Assembly: GCA_031409335.1 (NCBI GenBank)
Contig: JANNWY010000032.1
Coordinates: 1 to 18,540 of the forward strand
Length of the DNA stretch: 18,540 nt
Reading direction: 5' to 3'
Source: Chthoniobacteraceae bacterium
GTDB taxonomy: Bacteria > Verrucomicrobiota > Verrucomicrobiia > Chthoniobacterales > Chthoniobacteraceae
Position 1 is the stretch's first letter. Every line of letters starts with the position of its first letter. Of this stretch, positions 15,861-18,540 are shown piece after piece. Below the pieces are notes generated by a model. The model was not told the origin of the DNA. It was given only the letters and a program-made list of their open reading frames with translations, and made no database searches. The translations under genes were made by a program, and so were the position numbers.

Positions 15861-17126
15861 ATAGAGTAGGCGAGAAGCGATTGCGGGGGCAAGCTCTTTG
15901 CTGGCGCTGCCGTTTTCGCTTCCGACCCCTCATCAAACCGTGCAGGCGGTTTTCCCGCACACGGCTTTCCGAGTTCCATTCATCGCTTTGGCCTTGGGCT
16001 TTCATGCAGCGGTCCACGCCGCACGGCGCGTCGGGGTCCAGAGTCCGTAGTGGGTTTCGAGTTGCTCGTTGGGGTAGTGTTTGTGGAGGCCGCCGCGGCT
16101 GCCGTGCTTGCGCCACAGCCAGCGGCGCAGCCGGTTGCAGGTCCAGTAAGCGCTGCCGGCTCATCACCCCGGCGCTGTTGCCATAATGGAAGTAACCGCT
16201 CCAGCCCCGCATCACGGCATTGACCTCGCGCACCACTTCCCCAATGGCTCGCCATTGGGTGTGATGGTTGAGGATGCGGCTCACTTTCCCGCGCAGGGAC
16301 CGGCAGCTTTCGCCGGAGGCTTCGACGTGCGGATAGCTCCGCCCGCTTTGGCTCCGCCGCACCTTGACGGTGAACTCAAGAAGGCGGATGGCTTCCTGGG
16401 TCACGTTCACGGTGCGGGTCTTGAGGGCGTTGAGCGTGAGCCCACGGCCTGCAAGCCAGCTTTCGATCTCTTGGCGGATGGGTGCGCCTTGTCCCGCGGG
16501 ACTTAAGACCACGAAGCCATCGGCATAACGAATCAGGCGATGACGACCCCGGCTACTTTCATTGATTTGATGATCCAGAGGATTGAGATAGATGTTCGCC
16601 AGTAAAGGCGAGATCACCCCGCCCTGCGGCGTCCCCTGTCGATTCGGCGTTACTTTCCTTCTCCCTTCCCGGTCCTCTCCCACGATGGGCGCTCTTAGCC
16701 ATGCCTTGATTAGGGCCAGGATCGCCCCATCGCTCACGCGCCGGACCACTTTCTGCATTAACTGCCGATGCGGGATCGTATCGAAGAACTTCGATAAGTC
16801 CGCATCCAGCACTTCCACGCGGCCCATGCGGACGGACTCGCGGTTGGCTTCCATCGCCTGCTGCGCCCGGCGCTTCGGCCGGAACCCATGGGACTGATCG
16901 TGAAAATCAGCCTCATAGATCGGCATCAGCACCAGATACACTGCACTTTGCACTACCCGGTCTTTCACGGTGGGGATCCCCAAGGGGCGTTGCCCACCGC
17001 CGCTGCGCTTGGCGATCCAGGCGCGACGCACCGGCGCGGGCCGGCAAGTCTTTGCCTGAAACTCTCCACGCAACGCTTCGAGCCATTGCTCTCTACTCTG
17101 GGCCGTGGCGGTGATCGTCCGAAGAC
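15861..17126 (-). mobile_element. Group II intron, non-IIC (probably bacterial class E), 5'-truncated by IS30
   Basis: DV is AAGCCGTGTGCGGGAAAACCGCCTGCACGGTTT (15968-15935, AGC triad). DVI has a GAAGCGA/TCGCTTC stem, a bulged A at 15867 and the terminus CTCTAT at 15861. The RT ORF lies upstream. The class call is from recall of DV style. Confidence 0.88.
16002..17126 (-). pseudogene. ltrA: Group II intron reverse transcriptase/maturase, inactivated
   Basis: RT motifs are RPLGIPTVKDRVVQ, SHGFRP, DADLSKFFDTIPH and GTPQGGVISPLLANIYL. YADD has become YADG and FLGF has become LLEF. After a frameshift near 16150 the frame continues YWTCNRLRRWLWRKH..YGLW..AAWTAA* to TGA 16004-16002. The N-terminus is missing and there is no endonuclease domain. 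Confidence 0.92.
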
Positions 17127-17220
17127 GGCGAATTCACAGAGTAAGTGCAACATGGGAAAAATGGCGTTGGGTGAAAGAAGAAGGTCTGGATATGTGGGGA
17201 AATCTGGCAGGAGGATGGCA

Positions 17221-18198
17221 ATGAACTACGAGCAACTCAATGCAGAAGAACGAAGTGCGCTGGCGGCGCTGCGGAGGTTGGGGCTGAGCCTGGCGGAAAT
17301 TGGCCGGCAACTGGGGCGGCACCGGAGCACCGTGGGGCGGGAATTGAAACGCAACGCGGCACCCTACGATGGGTGGTATCGACCGGCGCGAGCGGAGGAG
17401 CGAGCGGTGGCGAGGCGGAAGCGGTCGCGCCGCAACAGCCAGTTTGAGCGAGAGCAATGGGAGCGTGTGGAAGAGTTGTTGAGGAAGGAGAGGAGTCCCG
17501 AGCAGGTGTCCGGGCACCTGGCGCGGACGCGGGAACTGGCGATCAGCCACGAGACGATCTACCGGCATGTGTGGCGGGATCTGAAGAAGGGCGGGACGCT
17601 GCTCCTGCACCTGCGGTGCGCGCGCAGGCAGTGTCGGAAACGCTACGGGCGGCACGACAGCCGCGGGCGGCTGGCCGGGAAGCGGATGATCGGGGAGCGG
17701 ATGATCGGGGAGCGCCCGGCGTCGGTGGAGAAGCGGCTGCGGATGGGGCACTGGGAGATCGACACCGTGCTGGGACAAAGCCTTGGGGAAAGCAGCGACT
17801 GCATCCTGACGCTGCTCGAGCGCAAGAGCGGCTACGTGCTCATCGGGAAGCTGGCGGCGCGGACGGCCGCGGAGGCCACCCGGGCGACGCGCAAACTCTT
17901 GCAGCGCCACCCCGGACGCTGCCAGACGATCACCTCCGACAACGGGACGGAGTTCCATGGCTACCGGGACATGGAGGCCGCCTGCGGACTGAAGTTCTAC
18001 TTCGCGACACCGCATCACAGTTGGGAGCGAGGGACCAATGAAAACACCAATGGCCTGATCCGGCAGTATCTGCCCAAGGGACAAAGCATGACTGGACTAA
18101 CCCAAAAGGAATGCGATGCCATCGCTGACAAACTAAACAACCAACCGAGAAAAAGACATGAATACAAAACACCCAATGAGTGCTTCCTTCGCCGCTAA
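17221..18198 (+). CDS. IS30-family DDE transposase
   Basis: It has the HTH MNYEQLNAEER..EIGRQLGRHRSTVGRELKRN, plus ISHETIYR and the DDE motifs GHWEIDTV, TITSDNGTEF and WERGTNENTNGLIRQYLPKG. The start is 17221 or 17215, not 16888. Confidence 0.95.
   Translation: MNYEQLNAEERSALAALRRLGLSLAEIGRQLGRHRSTVGRELKRNAAPYDGWYRPARAEERAVARRKRSRRNSQFEREQWERVEELLRKERSPEQVSGHLARTRELAISHETIYRHVWRDLKKGGTLLLHLRCARRQCRKRYGRHDSRGRLAGKRMIGERMIGERPASVEKRLRMGHWEIDTVLGQSLGESSDCILTLLERKSGYVLIGKLAARTAAEATRATRKLLQRHPGRCQTITSDNGTEFHGYRDMEAACGLKFYFATPHHSWERGTNENTNGLIRQYLPKGQSMTGLTQKECDAIADKLNNQPRKRHEYKTPNECFLRR
17681..17714 (+). repeat. 15-bp in-frame tandem duplication in the IS30 transposase
   Basis: AGCGGATGATCGGGG occurs twice followed by AGCG, giving RMIGE-RMIGE-R. 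Confidence 0.9.
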
Positions 18199-18375
18199 CC
18201 CATGTTGCACTTCAAAGTTGAGCCTAGGCGGTTGCCGCTGGGGTGGCAAGCCCGGGCAAGGAAAGGCCGCACGTGGAGAAACTGCCGCCCGTGGCCGTGA
18301 CCTGTGCTGGGAAGCAACGAGCCACACCGGACGACCAAGGCTGTGCAATGGCGAGACTCATGACTGGACTGCAAC

Positions 18376-18540
18376 TACTGACACGTCTTTAGGATAGATG
18401 ACAAGTAACGAATGTGCCATGTTTTTGACATGGCGAAGCAAGACGGACGGAAACTCGATCACAAGTCACTGGAAACACTCCGGCTCATGGCGGTGCGACG
18501 TGTGGTCGAGGACGGCGAGAGTCCCAGCGAGGTGATGCGT
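18376..18540 (+). mobile_element. IS630-family element, left end (runs off the window end)
   Basis: A TA followed by CTGACACGTCTTTAGGATAGATGACA resembles IS630 termini and precedes a transposase start. The exact boundary is tentative. Confidence 0.6.
18430..18540 (+). CDS. IS630-family transposase, N-terminus (partial)
   Basis: ATG 18430 reads MAKQDGRKLDHKSLETLRLMAVRRVVEDGESPSEVMR, the DGRKL..LE..R..AV..V..GESP HTH start of IS630 transposases. Confidence 0.85.
   Translation, partial: MAKQDGRKLDHKSLETLRLMAVRRVVEDGESPSEVMR

Larger units (their letters stand above)
17127..18228 (+). mobile_element. IS30-family insertion sequence (about 1.1 kb)
   Basis: Imperfect 30-bp IRs are GGCGAATTCACAGAGTAAGTGCAACATGGG (17127-17156) and CCCATGTTGCACTTCAAAGTTGAGCCTAGG (18199-18228); the inner 14 bp match perfectly. 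There is no clear target duplication. Confidence 0.88.

Noticed and set aside
15824..15979. N-terminal extension of the HEAT ORF
   Set aside because: It translates intron DV/DVI sequence; ATG 15823 is the plausible start.
15859..17073. RT read as a retron, DGR or defence RT paired with the HEAT protein
   Set aside because: Group II motifs, a maturase domain and DV/DVI directly downstream identify it as an intron. I saw no template/variable repeat pair or msr-msd.
16888..17214. N-terminal extension of the IS30 transposase
   Set aside because: It crosses the IS left IR into antisense RT sequence.
18087..18370. 12-bp direct repeat CATGACTGGACT at 18087-18098 and 18359-18370
   Set aside because: Several 12-mer repeats are expected by chance in 18.5 kb, and this pair does not coincide with element boundaries.
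1..18540. CRISPR array, cas genes, integron integrase, exosortase
   Set aside because: I saw no regularly spaced repeats and no such ORFs in this window.

Overview
This GC-rich window has an intact minus-strand core of cell-surface genes flanked by two zones of decayed mobile DNA. The gene content suggests Verrucomicrobiota (Chthoniobacter-like); that taxon call is inference. The core (1520-14794) encodes a Deg/HtrA serine protease, two large PEP-CTERM proteins with autotransporter-associated beta-strand repeats, a YheT-type alpha/beta hydrolase, and a GH25 muramidase fused to a beta-strand-repeat stalk. The left end is a three-layer nest: an IS66 (IRL, tnpA, tnpB) is cut inside tnpB by a probable serine-recombinase element, which is in turn cut by an IS3. 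At the right end, a small HEAT-repeat gene looks like an orphan integron cassette. It is bracketed by the 3' ends of two convergent group II introns of different classes: a IIC intron in an attC-type site and a degenerate non-IIC intron. The second intron is truncated by a probably chimeric IS30, which is followed by the start of an IS630. A degenerate tRNA-Arg 3' half at 8061-8100 may be an old att site. All calls come from reading the sequence and recalling family motifs; no database searches were run.
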